A stretch of DNA of 64,000 bases, from the NCBI GenBank assembly GCA_002104905.1, contig MCFE01000048.1:1-64000 (forward strand), read 5' to 3'. Position numbers and translations under genes: made by a program. The notes under the pieces were generated by a model that saw only the letters and a list, made by a program, of their open reading frames with translations, searched no databases and was not told where the DNA came from. Below, piece by piece: positions 9,225-23,054 of this stretch. Within the stretch, counting starts at the first letter, position 1. Each line of letters starts with the position of its first letter. Source of the stretch: Basidiobolus meristosporus CBS 931.73. Lineage: Eukaryota; Fungi; Basidiobolomycota.

Positions 9225-9440
9225 CAACATCAGCAATCTATTTGTACAGTCACCTCACACTATTTTACCCATTGCCTGTGGGTCCCTATTCCTCTGTTCG
9301 TACTGAGCTCTTTGATGATTTCCTTCATGGCTTCGAAAAGATTGCGCGCATCGGCACCGAGTGCTAAATAAATGATACCTACTGGGGCTGAGGAAGAGAA
9401 ACTTGCATTTTATTCAGCACTCATACAACCAGCTGCAGCA

Positions 9441-10909
9441 TCATTGTGCCTTCTGGTGCTCTGGCGCGCGGCTGGTCTCATAATCAACACGGTCAAAGGC
9501 ACGCTCGGCATTTGGCAGCTTCTGTAACTTGACTTGCAGCCTTTCTCCTATGTTATGGCTCTTGTACAGCGGTGTTTCCGGTAGCATCACTATATCCACC
9601 TCGACGAATAGATTATTGCCAGCGTGGTAAGCGCTACATGTATCAACTTGCAGGACCCTGAGATGGCTAGAACCAGAGACCGTTAGCTACAGGTGGTGTA
9701 GGAGTTGGTATTGTCAAGGTTACCAATATAGGTCACTTTCTTTAGGAAGTTCGTGTCAGCCGACTTGCCGACTATCAACTGGATATTTTCTAAAGATGAG
9801 TAAACGCGGTCAGTATGATCAATTGACATCGAGTACTTTCAGACAGATGGGATACCATACGCGGTGGCTGTCCAAGATCGAAGAAGTTGATGATAAGCGC
9901 TACTATTAAGGCCCCCACGGGATCAATCCACCATAAATCTTGCTTCCCAGCAACGAAGCAGTCAAACCGAAACCGTACACCAGGAGATCGTTCCAATGAT
10001 CCTGTGCAAAGGTCTTAGCAGCAAGGAACCCCCTGAGGGTTTGGCGGTACAGGAACGAAACAAATTTGGTGCCCAGGAAAATCGAGACGCGCGCAATGCT
10101 CCAGGCTCCAGCGTTGGCGAATGATCACGGCCGAGCAAAGCTCAGACACCTTCGATCTGTAAATACAGGGAGAATGTTGGTTCAAGCCCAGGTAAACATG
10201 ACTCACGTACTATCAACTCCAAAGAAAGCGTGCCCATCAACGCTGAAAAGACAATTATTCCAACGGTCTCCATCCGACAACGATTTGGAGGCGATCGCCG
10301 CATATAGCTGAAGTAGAAATATGATGTTTGCGGCAAAGGATCCATATACTGCAATTTTGACCGTGACTTGGCTATCAGGAACTTTTCTGGGTTGGGCTTG
10401 ACGGATCTACGAGAGCATACCTTGAGTAGCTGGGAATCCTCCTCAGAACTGTGGGGGCTGACGGGAGTTAGGAAATCGTCGATAATCTGGTTTTGCTCTT
10501 CATAAAAGTTATATACGCCTTTTCCTTGGTTTTCCTTCACCAGCTGTAATTCGTCCATTGACATGCGCCTAGGGCCCAATAGTAAAGGATCCTGCTCATC
10601 TTGAGCGTTCGAATCGTGTTCGAAATACTGAGGGCTAGCCGCACGATGTACAAGGCTAGAGGCATTGCTTGGATTAGGTAAGTAGCCAGTAGCAGCTGGT
10701 GAATCAGGACAAGTGATTTCCTCATGAAAAGAGTATGGAAGCATTTTAATGGAATGCTGGTGGGTTGAACTGGCTATGCTGGACGTGCGCATTTGCAACG
10801 AAGTTCTATTGGCCACTGCAGAGGTTGTGCTGGATACCTGCTCGTTGAAGTGGCCATTTATTTCCAACAGTCTGAATTCAGGGTATATATGACATAGAAT
10901 ATCCACCAA
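9441..10909 (-). pseudogene. Cation diffusion facilitator (MTP9/11-like Mn/Fe transporter) pseudogene, multi-exon
   Basis: Motifs FYEEQN, VKIAVYGSFAAN, METVGIIVFSALM, AQDHWND, WWIDPVGA, AYHAGNNLFVEVDIV, ERAF..VDYE..PEH. The TM2 DxxxD segment is deleted with a frameshift at ~10276, there is a TGA at 10142-10144, and further frameshifts follow. Start codon uncertain. Confidence 0.8.
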
Positions 10910-11508
10910 ATGATAGTCACCCTTAACTAATGCGGATTCTTGGTATCAATACCAGGTTGAGATTTCGATTGTTCTGAAGTGTACTTGCCGGGAATGGTTT
11001 TGAGTGGTGGAAGCGATTCAAAATTCCGTATCGTTGCAAACCAGTTTTGTGAATGGGTGGCCAATTGCGTTGGTCTTCAGACAATCTCACGCTGCACAAC
11101 ACAAAGAGCGTCAATTAGGCCCAAATTAAAAGATGTGTTTCACGAGTTTCGTAGCAGTCCAGAATAGCCACCTACTACCTTGTGTACCCAAACTTAGTTT
11201 GAAGAAGGGTGGTTTGTTCTTCCCCATTTTGGCACCAAACCCACAAAAGTGGCCTAACCTGATGCCACTCCAGTGATAATCTTTGTTTCGATAATCAGCC
11301 ATCTATATCGGTCAGGTACTCTGAATACCTGAGGCAGACTGAGAGTTCATCACAAAATCTCCTGGGAAGTGTGTAGTATTTATATTAGGTGTGAAACTGT
11401 ACTAGATAACAGCTGCTCGTCCTACGCGGGAGGCAGTGCAAGAAGAAGGGTGTAAATGTATTGGCCAAAATGCAAGGTGGGATTATCTAGGGTTTTCGAG
11501 GTCTGCAG

Positions 11509-12447
11509 TCACTGGCTGTCCTTGGCGACACCCAGAGCTGTAAGCTCGATGTTTGGAGCATTACTGCCTTCCGGCTGTTCATTGAGCAGTGTTCCTTGAA
11601 AGTATCCTGTGGTATTGTTATCTGGGCTGTTCTCGGAGGACCATCCGCCTTTACGTCTGCTGTGTGTGGTTTGCATCATTTCCGACATCATTTTGCTTTT
11701 CACTGCCCCTGTGCAAATCAAGTTAGCTATGTGGTCCATAACAATTACTCAAGCTGTATCCTTACATCCCACGTACAGGAGATACCACGAATTGGTAACG
11801 TTTAGAGTAATGGTAATGGCCAAGGCGATGTCGCAAAAAATAATCACTAGCCCAAAAATCGCACCATCTCTTGCTAGAATTCGATAGAACCCCTTGTTGT
11901 TGAAGCGCGAGAGGCGAATGATGTTGTAGACGAAGATGGCGCTTAGGAAGATCATGATGGTAGTGGTGCCTGACACCAATGTCAATGTATATGCAATTGG
12001 GAAATGTATCGTGCATCCACCCAGCACCCCTTTGGTATGGCGGAAATGGGAAAACATCTGAATGAGGCAAAAGACTTCGACCGCCTGTAAAGAGATGCAA
12101 ACAAATGCCACCAGCTTAGTAGAGAAGGATGTGTGATAGGCTTTAAGATACAGAATGAGATGGATGCAAGATAGAGATATAAACGAAGTTGTATGATACT
12201 GCACAGCAATGGCGAAGCAATCCTTATCCGTTCGCATCTCCAATATGACCTCCAGTACACTGTTGATACATCTGACCAGAGCCTGGATGAAATTTAATTT
12301 GTAGACCAAAGCGGTTTCCTTCAACGCAATTCGGGTGGCATGATACGCGCCCTCTAGAGCTAGTGGAAGCGAAAGGCCAATGATAACCATGGTGACGCTG
12401 TCATGTAAAATTGCATTTTCGATCGTTTCGGTGGATGGGATGTCCAT
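11509..12447 (-). CDS. Predicted 7TM receptor-like membrane protein, 2 exons (12447-11766, 11708-11509)
   Basis: Hydrophobic helices, an ILARDG motif as in fungal GPCR-like families, and a GTAAGG...CTAAC...CAG intron that joins the two ORFs in frame. Confidence 0.7.
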
Positions 12448-13738
12448 TGGAAGTGAGAAGAGCGGCTACTTGACAAGGACCGCACCCGAGTTATAAGCAT
12501 TTCGCTCGACACTGTTGTATTCGTACTTTGCTTGATTAGTACATTTGTCCCACATAGCTTGTTTCTGTTTATTGTTGTACGTACGTCTGGTTCCGTAATA
12601 TATGTCAAATCCAGAGCGCTTCATCACTTCGATAAGATGAGATCTGCGAAATCACGGATTCGAAGGTAGCGGTGGATGAAAAATCTTTCGTTTCTCCGTT
12701 TGGTGCCTCATCTTGAACATTCGAGTAGGACAGAGTTAACCCAGCATGCATGCGCTGCACTAATCTGGTTTTCAATGGGGACAAGTAGGCAAGTTACGAG
12801 CCCCTAGTCCACTTCTTAGATCTTGGATCTAAACGCTTATCTGTATTAGACAATCATAGGCCACCACGAATGCCACTCTCCAGTAGGACTGCAAAGAATC
12901 GATGCCAAAACGCAAACCAATGACCGATGGCAGTGGACGGGCTCGATCAGGGCTTGGCCCGGATGGATGGGCATGCAGCAACAATGAATGCCACGCCATA
13001 CATTCACCCTGTTGTCAGGAAAGTAAAACGGTCGAACCGAATGCAGAAACTGAAACATGGATGATTACCTGCCGCCTTGTCTCAAAATCCTCACCTGTTT
13101 CATTTTGAGCGGCCCTCCGGTGAGCATCTGGAGGTGAATATTAGCTTAACGGCGATTCATTTCGGAGGGGGATGAGTGGGTGGATACTGTGTTATGTCGA
13201 AACAAGCACCAGCCCATCCCGCAACCATGCACATGCCTTGCAGTAATGGCCGCGAATCGCGCAGGAAAGGTATGATTCAGATGATCGCGCTGAATGAAAG
13301 AACTCTCACACAGGGAATCCCAATAAGAGCGTTGCTACTTCACTTGGATTCACTCCTTTGAAATGGGCTTTCCTTATCAAGGCAGTGATTTTCACTTGGC
13401 AATTAGCCTGTCCAGGGTTGCTACGAATCTTTTAGATTATACAAGAATTCAATCCTTAATGCCGAGGTCTTTGCCGTCGTTGCAATCCTGTCCTATTTTG
13501 GACTCAAGAGCATAGTTTCGTACTCGAGAACCAAAAGCCGTATAAAAATCAGGGGATTCTTGCGCTTTCTGAATCTATCTTACAACATTGGGATCATTTC
13601 TGCTTTCTGAATCTACGGCAGAGCGACCCCATGCTATCAGGGCTCTACTGTGATAACAGACATCCTTTAACTGCCTCTCGTTTTTCATTAATAATAGATC
13701 ATCCTTTTTCCCGCGTATTTTTCTCTAAAGACGCTTTT

Positions 13739-16550
13739 ATGGAGGGAGACAAGTCTCATCCATCGTATCCTTCCTCGGGGGGCTCTTCGTTGAACCCGAA
13801 AGCTGCAGCCTACTATTCTGGGACAGAGTATACACAGGAGCTCCATGCCTCTAGGCCGGGGCCACAGAGCAGTCATCGACAGGATCTAGATGCTGCACAC
13901 AAGATGGAAATCGAGGCTCGTCGATATCAAAAAGGTACAGCGGTCGGATGGCCCGCTTGGTTGTCAGCATAGCATGCAACGACTGACTTGGTCTTCACAG
14001 AAACAGTTACTCCTAAAAGAAGTCAACCCCGCCACCAGGAGATATCACGGATGGGTCCGCACGCAGTAAGAGTAGTTGATTTCTTCATTACTTCACTCAA
14101 CCCCAGTCTGACTTCACTCTAGGATATCCATCCATCACAGATGGTGGGTTTCCCCACACCCATATCGCCTGCATCTCCATTGGATCAGGTTATCTTGTCG
14201 CACAGACGATTCTCCGTCAGGGAAGGCAATACAACCCCTAACCCGATAGAACCCCCAAAGTTTACCATCAGAGGTCGCCTTGGCCAAGACAAGCCGCTTT
14301 CATGGAATGCGCTAACATACGATGAGAGAGGCGCATCATTCAAGGAGAGCATGCCTAGTCCGGCTGCCACGCCCACCCGTGGGATGGGATACTGTGACTA
14401 CTGCAACAACTACACATCTACGATGTTACAACAATGCGGGCATCGGTAGGGATTCACGATAGAGCCCAACGGCATTCATGTCCCCGCAGGCACTCATCCA
14501 TACCTGATTTACACATCAACTTTGCTAGGAGCTGCTTCCAGTGCTGGTCTCTCTACAGCCTAACCAACAGCTGCAGGATATGCTCACAGGTAAGTGACGT
14601 CATCGGCCCATACCTGATCAGGTGAGTAACACCAGCCAATGCCAGACACTGGCGCCAACCTCCACAATGTCCCAGCCGTATGGCATTGAAGGAACGGAAT
14701 CCACGGGAGCAGGTATTTATGAATCTCAGACAGCAGCCAGTAACTTCCTGGTAGTGAAGATAAGCAATGTGAGTCTAGAGTCTGAACATAGCTGGGTGTG
14801 GGTTGTGGCGGCTAACAGTTGTATCCACTGCAGATTCCTTGGGATGTGTCACAAAACGATATCAAGACGTTCGCGCAATCGTACGAGGTGAAACTTGAAA
14901 ATCTCCTCTGGCAAATAAGCGTGGAACTTACATCTATTCCAACCAGATCCCTGACGAGAAAACACTGGCCCAAGCCATACATATAATCATGGACCGGTAT
15001 ATTTCCGTGCGCTTGTATTTGGGAGGATGGGAATTAATGATTGTTTCAGATCAACCGGAAAGACCTTGAGCTACGCTTTTGTGGAGATGCGAAACATCCA
15101 TGATGTGTTGGACATGGTCCAAACCAAGAACCTGAAAGTCCTCAAAGGGCGGATCGTGAGTGTTTCGCGGTCTTCTCAGGAGGAGCTCATGCGGGCAATC
15201 TTTCCTAGCTGGAAGGGTTCTTTCGTAGGGTGCGACGTTGTATTGCCACAGGAAACCCCCAGCGAGAGAACCACGCAGCCCATAATGTTACTATCGCGTG
15301 ATGAAATCAATTCCATCTTGATGATCTGCAAAAACTATAAGGTAATCTTCCCACTTACGGGGATTTCCGGAGGCCCCAGAATAACCCTTGGATTCTACAG
15401 TTGCATTTTTCAAGAAAATGTGCTGAGAGACCCTTTGAAAACGGTATGTGGAGCGCTGGTTCGCTGGATTCGACCACCCAACAGCCACCATCTCCAGCGA
15501 TCGGCTTACCTGTAGTCAACGATGCTAAAACCATTGCTAACATGGCATGGCAATCCTTTCCAGTCATTAGTATTTTAGTGAAATGCCCCTGGCATCAGCG
15601 GAATATCATCAGCACCTTGCATCGAGACCATATATTTGAAATGCTGAAATGTAAGTTGTACGCGCGACTTGCCCAGCATTATGGCTTTCTCACACTTGTA
15701 TTTTTCAGTGGCAATGGAATCCTTGAAAGGTCACTTCACCAAAGAATACGTACGTGGATAGTCCCAAAATCGATTTCAACTCCTTCTAATGGCATTCATC
15801 AAGCAGCATAATATTGATGAAACTCTGCTATTGCGCATGGTACTGTTTCCTGGCTTTATTCCGACCTCTTGATAGACTACCTCTAACTAGCCTCAGGTTC
15901 GAGCAGGGTTGATGGTCCCTACCTTTACTGAAAAGCAGAAATTGATGCTGTTAACAACAAGCGTAAGTTACTGGGATTGGATCGATTCTTAACTCCATTT
16001 TCGAATATTTCAATGTTTTAGAAACTAGAGTGTCCTGATGATTTGGCCCATCATTTTACTTCGGCCCCCTTCTCCAATACAGATGCCTCATTTGAAGGTA
16101 ATAGCGGGCTGTTTGGTGACTACTGCTCTCTAACCCGAGATCCTAACCCTTGCCAATGCAACAGCATCAGCATCATCTAGCAAGTATTCAGCAAAGACCC
16201 CTTCTACGTTGGACAGCCCCTTGCGTGTCGCAAGAGTTCCTCAGCCGATCTCTGATACGACGAAGTATTACAAAAGCCAAATAGAAACGCTTGAGAACCA
16301 ACGTTAGTCTATCCTGCTTACTGGAACCAAACACAACCACTCATAGCTACTTTCAGTGATAGAAGCAGAAAACAAGATTCAGGCTCTTTCGCAAGATAAC
16401 CTTAAGCAAAGCATTCTTATGATGGAAAACGAGGAACTCAAGAAAGAGCTAAAGCGAACCCAGGCAGAGAACATTGCTTTACGTGAACATATCCAACAAA
16501 TAGAAAGGTTTGCTCTCTTCACGCCTTCAGCCACATCCATTGTTTCTTAG
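13739..16550 (+). CDS. Multi-exon RRM RNA-binding protein with C-terminal coiled coil
   Basis: Spliced RRM motifs VVKISN/IPWD, IHIIMDR/STGKTLSYAFVE, LKGRIVSVSRSSQEELM, HFSRKCAERPFEN and PTFTEKQK, separated by GT-AG introns. Exact exon structure is approximate. Confidence 0.75.
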
Positions 16551-16802
16551 ATCTCTGTTTTAGAACGCTCAGTCAGGTTTTATGATTTGAGTTACTGTGA
16601 TATGCTAGCCAGATTTTATGAATGCTACACTTTATAGACTGCTCTATTCGTGCATGCTTATAACGTTAATCAATAGCTACTTAAATCTATGTTTTGTTTA
16701 TCTTCAAATCTACATCTGCACATCTTGATATGAAAATCATTAGTATATATTACCACACAAAGCTCTGGATAAAATTTTGGCCTTTAACCTTGGAAGATTA
16801 AC

Positions 16803-17240
16803 ATGTCTCTCGCAGCCCTGCAACGACCCCTCTTCAGCTCTTCAATCCGACCTCATTTGTTCGGCTCTAGGTTTACTACCAGCAGAGTGTGCCAACAGGT
16901 CAGGAACTTGTCCTTGACTCCAGAGGGAAAGAATCTTACTCGTTGGAGCTGGCCGTGGTGGAAAGAATGGAGCATCATTATGACAGTGTTTGCTATTACA
17001 GGTTCTAGTACTGTCAAAATAGTCCGACCTGTACTAAAGAATGGCTTTGGCATCGAGGGCTCTTGGAAAGAAGGGCCCTGGTCATATCGAGGTGCCTACT
17101 TGGCCACTACTCTACCTCTATATTCTTGCGTTTTGGTTACTGTCGGTACTCTTTTTGGTAGACGTCCGTATTTCCAGCGCATCGCACTTCGTATGTGGGG
17201 AAGATTTGTTCCCAAGAAGTATCGCCCTCTGTCGCACTAA
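16803..17240 (+). CDS. Small membrane protein, DUF6787-like, with a predicted mitochondrial presequence
   Basis: Arg/Ser-rich N-terminus without acidic residues, then VFAITGSST..VRP, W.Y...PLY...LV.VG.LFG...F. Family assigned from memory of the motif. Confidence 0.6.
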   Translation: MSLAALQRPLFSSSIRPHLFGSRFTTSRVCQQVRNLSLTPEGKNLTRWSWPWWKEWSIIMTVFAITGSSTVKIVRPVLKNGFGIEGSWKEGPWSYRGAYLATTLPLYSCVLVTVGTLFGRRPYFQRIALRMWGRFVPKKYRPLSH

Positions 17241-17415
17241 TCTTGGAGGCAGAAAATAGGATGCCAACAGATCTTGCAATTTGTATAGGCACAGCAATGT
17301 TATTGTACGATCAGCATAGTTTGTTCAGTCTGGCTTTATTTTATCGGCGTTTGTGAAGTAAATAGATGTCATTCCTAACAAGTCAAGAAGCGTACTGGTC
17401 GCATATTGTTCAATA

Positions 17416-18356
17416 TTATTTAAGGCTGGCGGGACAGTCAGGCTGTGATTGCCAGTGAGCTGCCTTGAAAGCTTCGATATGGCTAAGCTCCTCATCAATA
17501 CGCGTGATGATAGGGAACCTGCTCATGTCAACACCAAATCTAAATTGATGTCAGTAATTGGGCCGCTGCGTGTTGAATAAATGGAATGTCACCTTTTAGC
17601 ATTGTACAATTGTGGCGCAAGACAAACATCCATCAATGTAATTTCGTCCCCGAAGCAATACTTGCCTGCGGTTTTCTCAAGGGATTTTTCAATTCCTGGG
17701 AAATAAAAGTGAATCCTGGTATCTTCCAAACTTCCCTGATCGACTCTACCTTCAAACCCAACGGTGATCCAATGTTTGCCCCATTCGACTTTCTTGTCAT
17801 CACCGACATAGTTCAATACCCGTAGATTTTGGACTGGCTGTATGTCAGCAACGATTGAATATGCAAGCCCACGAATCTACCAACAGCCACGAATTAATAT
17901 GCGACCAACTGTAAACACGAAGAATGCATACCTCAGCACGCTTGGCCGGATCCTTGGGGAGTAGTGGGTACTCTAACGTTGTGTGTGAGAAGCAGCAACT
18001 CAGAATCAATGTGATAAGATGCACTTACCTGGGCGAGTTTCCTCCAAATATTCCAGGATAGCCATCGATTGTGAGAAGGTATGTCCATCGATTTCAAGAG
18101 TGGGCACCAGCTTCTGAGGATTCTTTTTGGAATACTCTTCGCTCGACTATAGCAACAACTAGGTTAACACAAGAATACGAGAGAATCCCATTGATTTCGT
18201 TACTTGGTCGCCGTTGAGAAGGTTCACAAAGTGCGGCTCATAATCTATCTCTTTGAGGTTTAACGCAATTCGAACCCGAGCCGAGCAAGCAGAACGAAAG
18301 TAGGTGTACAACACTGGCTTATCTTGAGAACTCTGCAAAATTGAATCAGTGTACAT
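17416..18356 (-). CDS. maiA: Maleylacetoacetate isomerase / GST zeta, multi-exon
   Basis: [55 protein letters not shown] and C-terminal [10 protein letters not shown]. Confidence 0.9.
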
Positions 18357-20080
18357 CCTTCGAGCAGGATCGATCTCGCTGCCTTACCATACTTGACGCT
18401 CGAGAGGATGTGGAAAAAGATTGGTTCCAAGGGAAGTGAGTAATTTATAGACTGGTGTTTTGTTCATATTCCCACATCAACGTGATATTGTCATTGCACC
18501 TTGATGACGTTTGATTCGTGTTGTCCAACATCGGGTCATGATTTGACTTGATGGGACATGTGTGAGAACATTTCCTGCATATGGGGTGCGTCCCCAATTC
18601 GTCACCGGTCCATTCGACCCCACGTCCAAGCCCAACCATAACCATAATCATGGCCGCAACCCGAACCCCAAGCCACCCTTATTGATCAAGCTTGTAATCA
18701 CGAAGTGAGCAGGTCAGGCAAAAGTATTGTGAGAGGAGGATCAAGAGTGGTACGGATATATCCCAAGTATCTCCTGATCCATCCAATAAAACTGACTTCC
18801 CCGAACCACCATTCTCTAATTATATGTTCTGGAACTAGGTTTTGTAGAGCAGCTTAAACGAGTAATTTGAGCAAGGTTGATTTGATTAGACCAGGGCTCC
18901 AGTTCCTAAGGGCCCAACCCCTCTTATTTCGGTAACCAACAGAATAGCCGATTGCATACCACATGATTCTTGCAGGATCCCTGATTATAGCTCAACATCA
19001 GATATCTCGGGGATTCTCGATGAATGTATGACACATTCGTTTGTGCGTGATCACTGAGAGCTAATACATTCTCACTTTAGCTCGTATCACTACAAGACCA
19101 TAGCTCAAATGGCCTCCAGTCTTTATGATGATCTAGAACTTCGATGCACTCTCCACTGAACAGACCATTTTATCCTAAAAGAGCTGCAGTGGCACCCATT
19201 CGGCTCAAAGACGGGAAGCATTTATTACATTACCTAGATCCTATTACTATTCTCCATCATTCCGGATGCATTCATGTGGGAGCTGGTTATTGATGCTGAA
19301 AGGAGGCTATCAACAAGAGAGAAGTCAGACTCCATCCTGTTGGTAATGAACCCTACCTCCAATACATATCTTACGTATGGAAGCTGCACCGAAATCCAGT
19401 TTCTTGGCTAGCTGATTTAGACGGGCTTGAAGGATCGTCATGATGTTTGTTTATGTACAGTTGTGCATGAAGGTATCAACGTGAATGGCAAAGAAGTTGA
19501 TACGTCAATACATGAATTCTACAGGATCCATTACAATTGCATAGAAAGTTAGATTAGTTAAAAATTGTGTCTAAGCCATAAGACAAACGGGCTTCTCGTC
19601 TGGATTGCCATATATATGACCTCAGTATATCACAATACTTGGCCGAAAAGGACAATACATATTCTGCTCCATGTCACGATCTGGAAATACAAACTTGCTC
19701 ATTAGCTGCTTGATATTGTCCGTCTAATCTAACCTCGTCCAACCGGAGTTGGTGGTACGACGGGGGCTGACCTATTTCAAGCGTAAGAGGTGCATCGTCC
19801 GTACCAAGTTTATTACTAAATTAAATTTGGTGAGCTCAATGTGTAACTATGATCACAGTCCAAGGCACATAATTCTATTGTTCCTATAGATTTCGACCTG
19901 ACTTTCTAGACATTCCTCCGAGTATCTCGCCCCTTTACGGTTGCTATAAAAGCCGTCCACGAGGTGCGCAAGAATGCTTTTAAAGCTTAATAATTCGATC
20001 TCAACCCCTCCGAGTACTAGATCACACACTCGCCCGTACTCAAACTGCCCTCTTCAATCACGCTATCCCTATCATCTTGA

Positions 20081-23054
20081 ATGAGCTTGAAGACAGCTAC
20101 ACCAAGATCCCCTAGGATTCCTTGTGAGATAGGGTTTCCACCCAACTTAGTCCAGAAAAACAGCAATAAGCCCTCTTGCCGGCATTCAGTTTTACCCGAT
20201 CTAGGTTTATCCGAGGATTCTCAGCAAGGGGCCGTTGCTCATTTGAACCCGTTCTCTCGTCAGGCACGTCGGTTGAGAATTCAAGCAGCCCGTAATCAGA
20301 GGGCATTTGAGCATATAGAGTCGTACATCAGAGTTACCGCCTTTGTGTCATTGAATCATTACTTCCCAGTAACTGTATCCCGATCCAGTACGGTGGAGGA
20401 GCTCTCTAGGCTAATCGAGGCGGAATACGCGTTTAACTATCTGTGCACTCCCACCCTTGCAGGCAGTTTGGACTGTGTGCGAGAATCCACCCAAAGCTTG
20501 AAACAGCTACTGGACAAAGAGTTGATGGAAGATTTGACCGAGTCTGAGCTTTTGGGACCTGAACATGTACTGGAGGAAGACGAAGGCAACGTCAAGCCTC
20601 TTATCTGTGGCGCCATATTCCTGGGTAAAGAGGAGTTACGTTTTTCAGATAGTGTTGGGGATGTCTTGGACAAGGATGATATTATCCGTGCGGTGAACAT
20701 CTATGAAGGTACAGTCGTTATTCTTTGGCCTGAGGTCGCAACCAACTAAGATCCTCTATTAGAAATGGCTTTGATGAATGAAGCAGGTGGGATAGGCCAC
20801 AGCGACCCTCGAAGATGGTCCAGCCCACTCGACCATGTACGGCCAGACGGCACCTTCTTAGATGAAATACGAATTGACATGCCACTGGCAGCTCAGCACG
20901 CAAACACTATACCACTCAGAGAGCCAGCATCCAACTCTGCCGAAGTCAGATTCCAGAATATCTTTCACAACAAGATCTGCCTCAATTATTTCAGACAATT
21001 CTGTTTACAAGAACACTGTATTGAAAGTCTACTCTTCTGGGTAGAAGTGGAGGTGTACAGAAGCACGAAGTCATCCTTAGTTCTGGTGATTGCTGAATAT
21101 CTTTACAGGGTTTACATCGACAGCGACGGCCCGTTGCGCATCAACATCCCCGAGGAAATCAGAAGTACTATTCTGCTACCAGCCCAGTCCCCAGAATATC
21201 TACCCAATTTGACTATGTTTGATGAGGCACAGGAATACGTTTTCGATCTACTGGTGCATCATGTCCTTCCCCAGTTCGAAGCCAGCGAACTGTACGTGAA
21301 GCTCGTAAATGACCAGGCTGTGGGTAAGTGGCCGCTTCCCGTGAACTAACCATGTCACTATGCTAATGTGATTTACTCCCCAAGACCGCGCCAATTTTGA
21401 GCAAGCATATATCAGCGAGTCGATTACCAAGTGGCTGCAATTCGATATCGGGACTGTGGCTAATGTGATGGATACCATAAGCAAATACCATGAGAATCAA
21501 CTGGATATGCATAATGCGGCACAGGAGAGAGACCATATACTGGAATCGGTTATGAATCAGATGTTCACTCATATTCCCATGCGCCCATATTTCACCAAAT
21601 CAAGACTGGGCAGCAATGGGCAAAGTCCAAAGGGAGCCCTATTGAAGAAAAGGTTGGCCAAGTTAATGGGCCGGAGATCTGCAGAAAAAGAGAGCATCCA
21701 GCGTATCATTAATGAGCTACTACCTTTCCAGCGAATCCCAATGGAGGATCTCGAACGCTCGCATGACCCCATCCCCTCGATAAATGCCGAGGGAATAGTC
21801 AAGAAGAAGAAGATTGAAAGACTAGGAAAGCTAGAGGACTTTTTTGGGAAAAAGCTCTCTTCAACCCAGCTTGCTCATCAAAACTTGGTCAACCCGGAGG
21901 ATGACTTCGATACTCGGAACTCACATGAAACGGTCGAGCCCTTCCCACTGTACCCTCTGACTACCTACAATGATCTTTCTCCAGAAGAGCGCCGATTGCT
22001 TGCCAAGCGTACACGGAAATTAAAGCTTCTCTTTGGTGAGCCGATGGATGAGCAGCTGGTGTCCAAATCGTTAACAAACCCAATAATTGCTAATAAGCTA
22101 GCCAGTGCCACTACGCAGAATCCTGATGAATCCTACAAACCGATTGGTTCTGAACCTGAAGAGCTGGAAAAAGATCTGACAACCCAAGAGCTTTGTGTGA
22201 AAAGTAATTCAAAAGAGATTAAGCGGAAGAAATTGATCAAGCTCCATCAACTACTAGGTGTATATCCATCACCCAACCAGATTGACAAGGGCTCTTCACC
22301 GAATAAACAGTGCCAAGAGAGTATGATTCAACGAAATGTCAAAACTGCACCACCCGAGGTTCGAAAGTTGCAAGTAAAACGGGCAAACAAGTTGGAAAAG
22401 GTATTTGGGCATCATCCTCCCAAGGAGTTCATCAAGGTCAACAAAGAAACCGAGATTCCTCTACAAAAGCGTACCTCCATCGTATCCTACTTGTTGGACT
22501 CTGAGAGTTCGGTTGAAGATCTGATGCATTATCTTAAACTCCTGTCTACAATCAAAGACAAGCCAGCAGCCGCTGGAGCGTCACCTGAGGATGCATCGGA
22601 TAGCTGTGAGGAATTATCCGAGGATGAAAACAGCCAGGTTTGTGATGGACAAAACAAAGCAACTCGTCAAAAGAAGCTGTCAAAACTTCGTAGGTTCTTT
22701 GGTAATGACCTCGGTTTAGAATCATTAATCACCCAAAACATACTCCTTCGTCAGCAATTAGTAGCTGAAAGCCTGTATAACATAGATCAAGAGAATGAAC
22801 TCTTTGGACAACACCTGAACAACCTGGGACTTACTGAAGACGAGGCATCTGAGGAATATGTACGTCAAGCGATGAAAACTGATTATGAGCAACTACGTCA
22901 GGAGGTTCAAGACTTGCACCGCTTGGATTCTCATGACTGTTCGCGAAGTAATTTTATCAAGCGAGTAGTTCGGACGGCTAGTATTTCTGGCACCAATACC
23001 TTACGCCCTCTACGCACAGACACCCGCTCGGCCATTAATTATCCAACCAAATGA
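20081..23054 (+). CDS. RGS-domain protein, multi-exon
   Basis: RGS signature YFRQFCLQEHCIESLLFWVEVE...YIDSDGPLRINI...FDEAQ in 20.9-21.3 kb. Flanking ORFs are linked by GT-AG introns. Confidence 0.85.

Noticed and set aside
9311-9392. C/D-box snoRNA-like TGATGA...CTGA spacing
   Set aside because: No convincing rRNA antisense element or terminal stem, and it lies in the GPCR 3' region.
18900-19900. Possible decayed coding remnant in the long MAAI-RGS intergenic region
   Set aside because: Fragments look codon-like but no family could be recognised.
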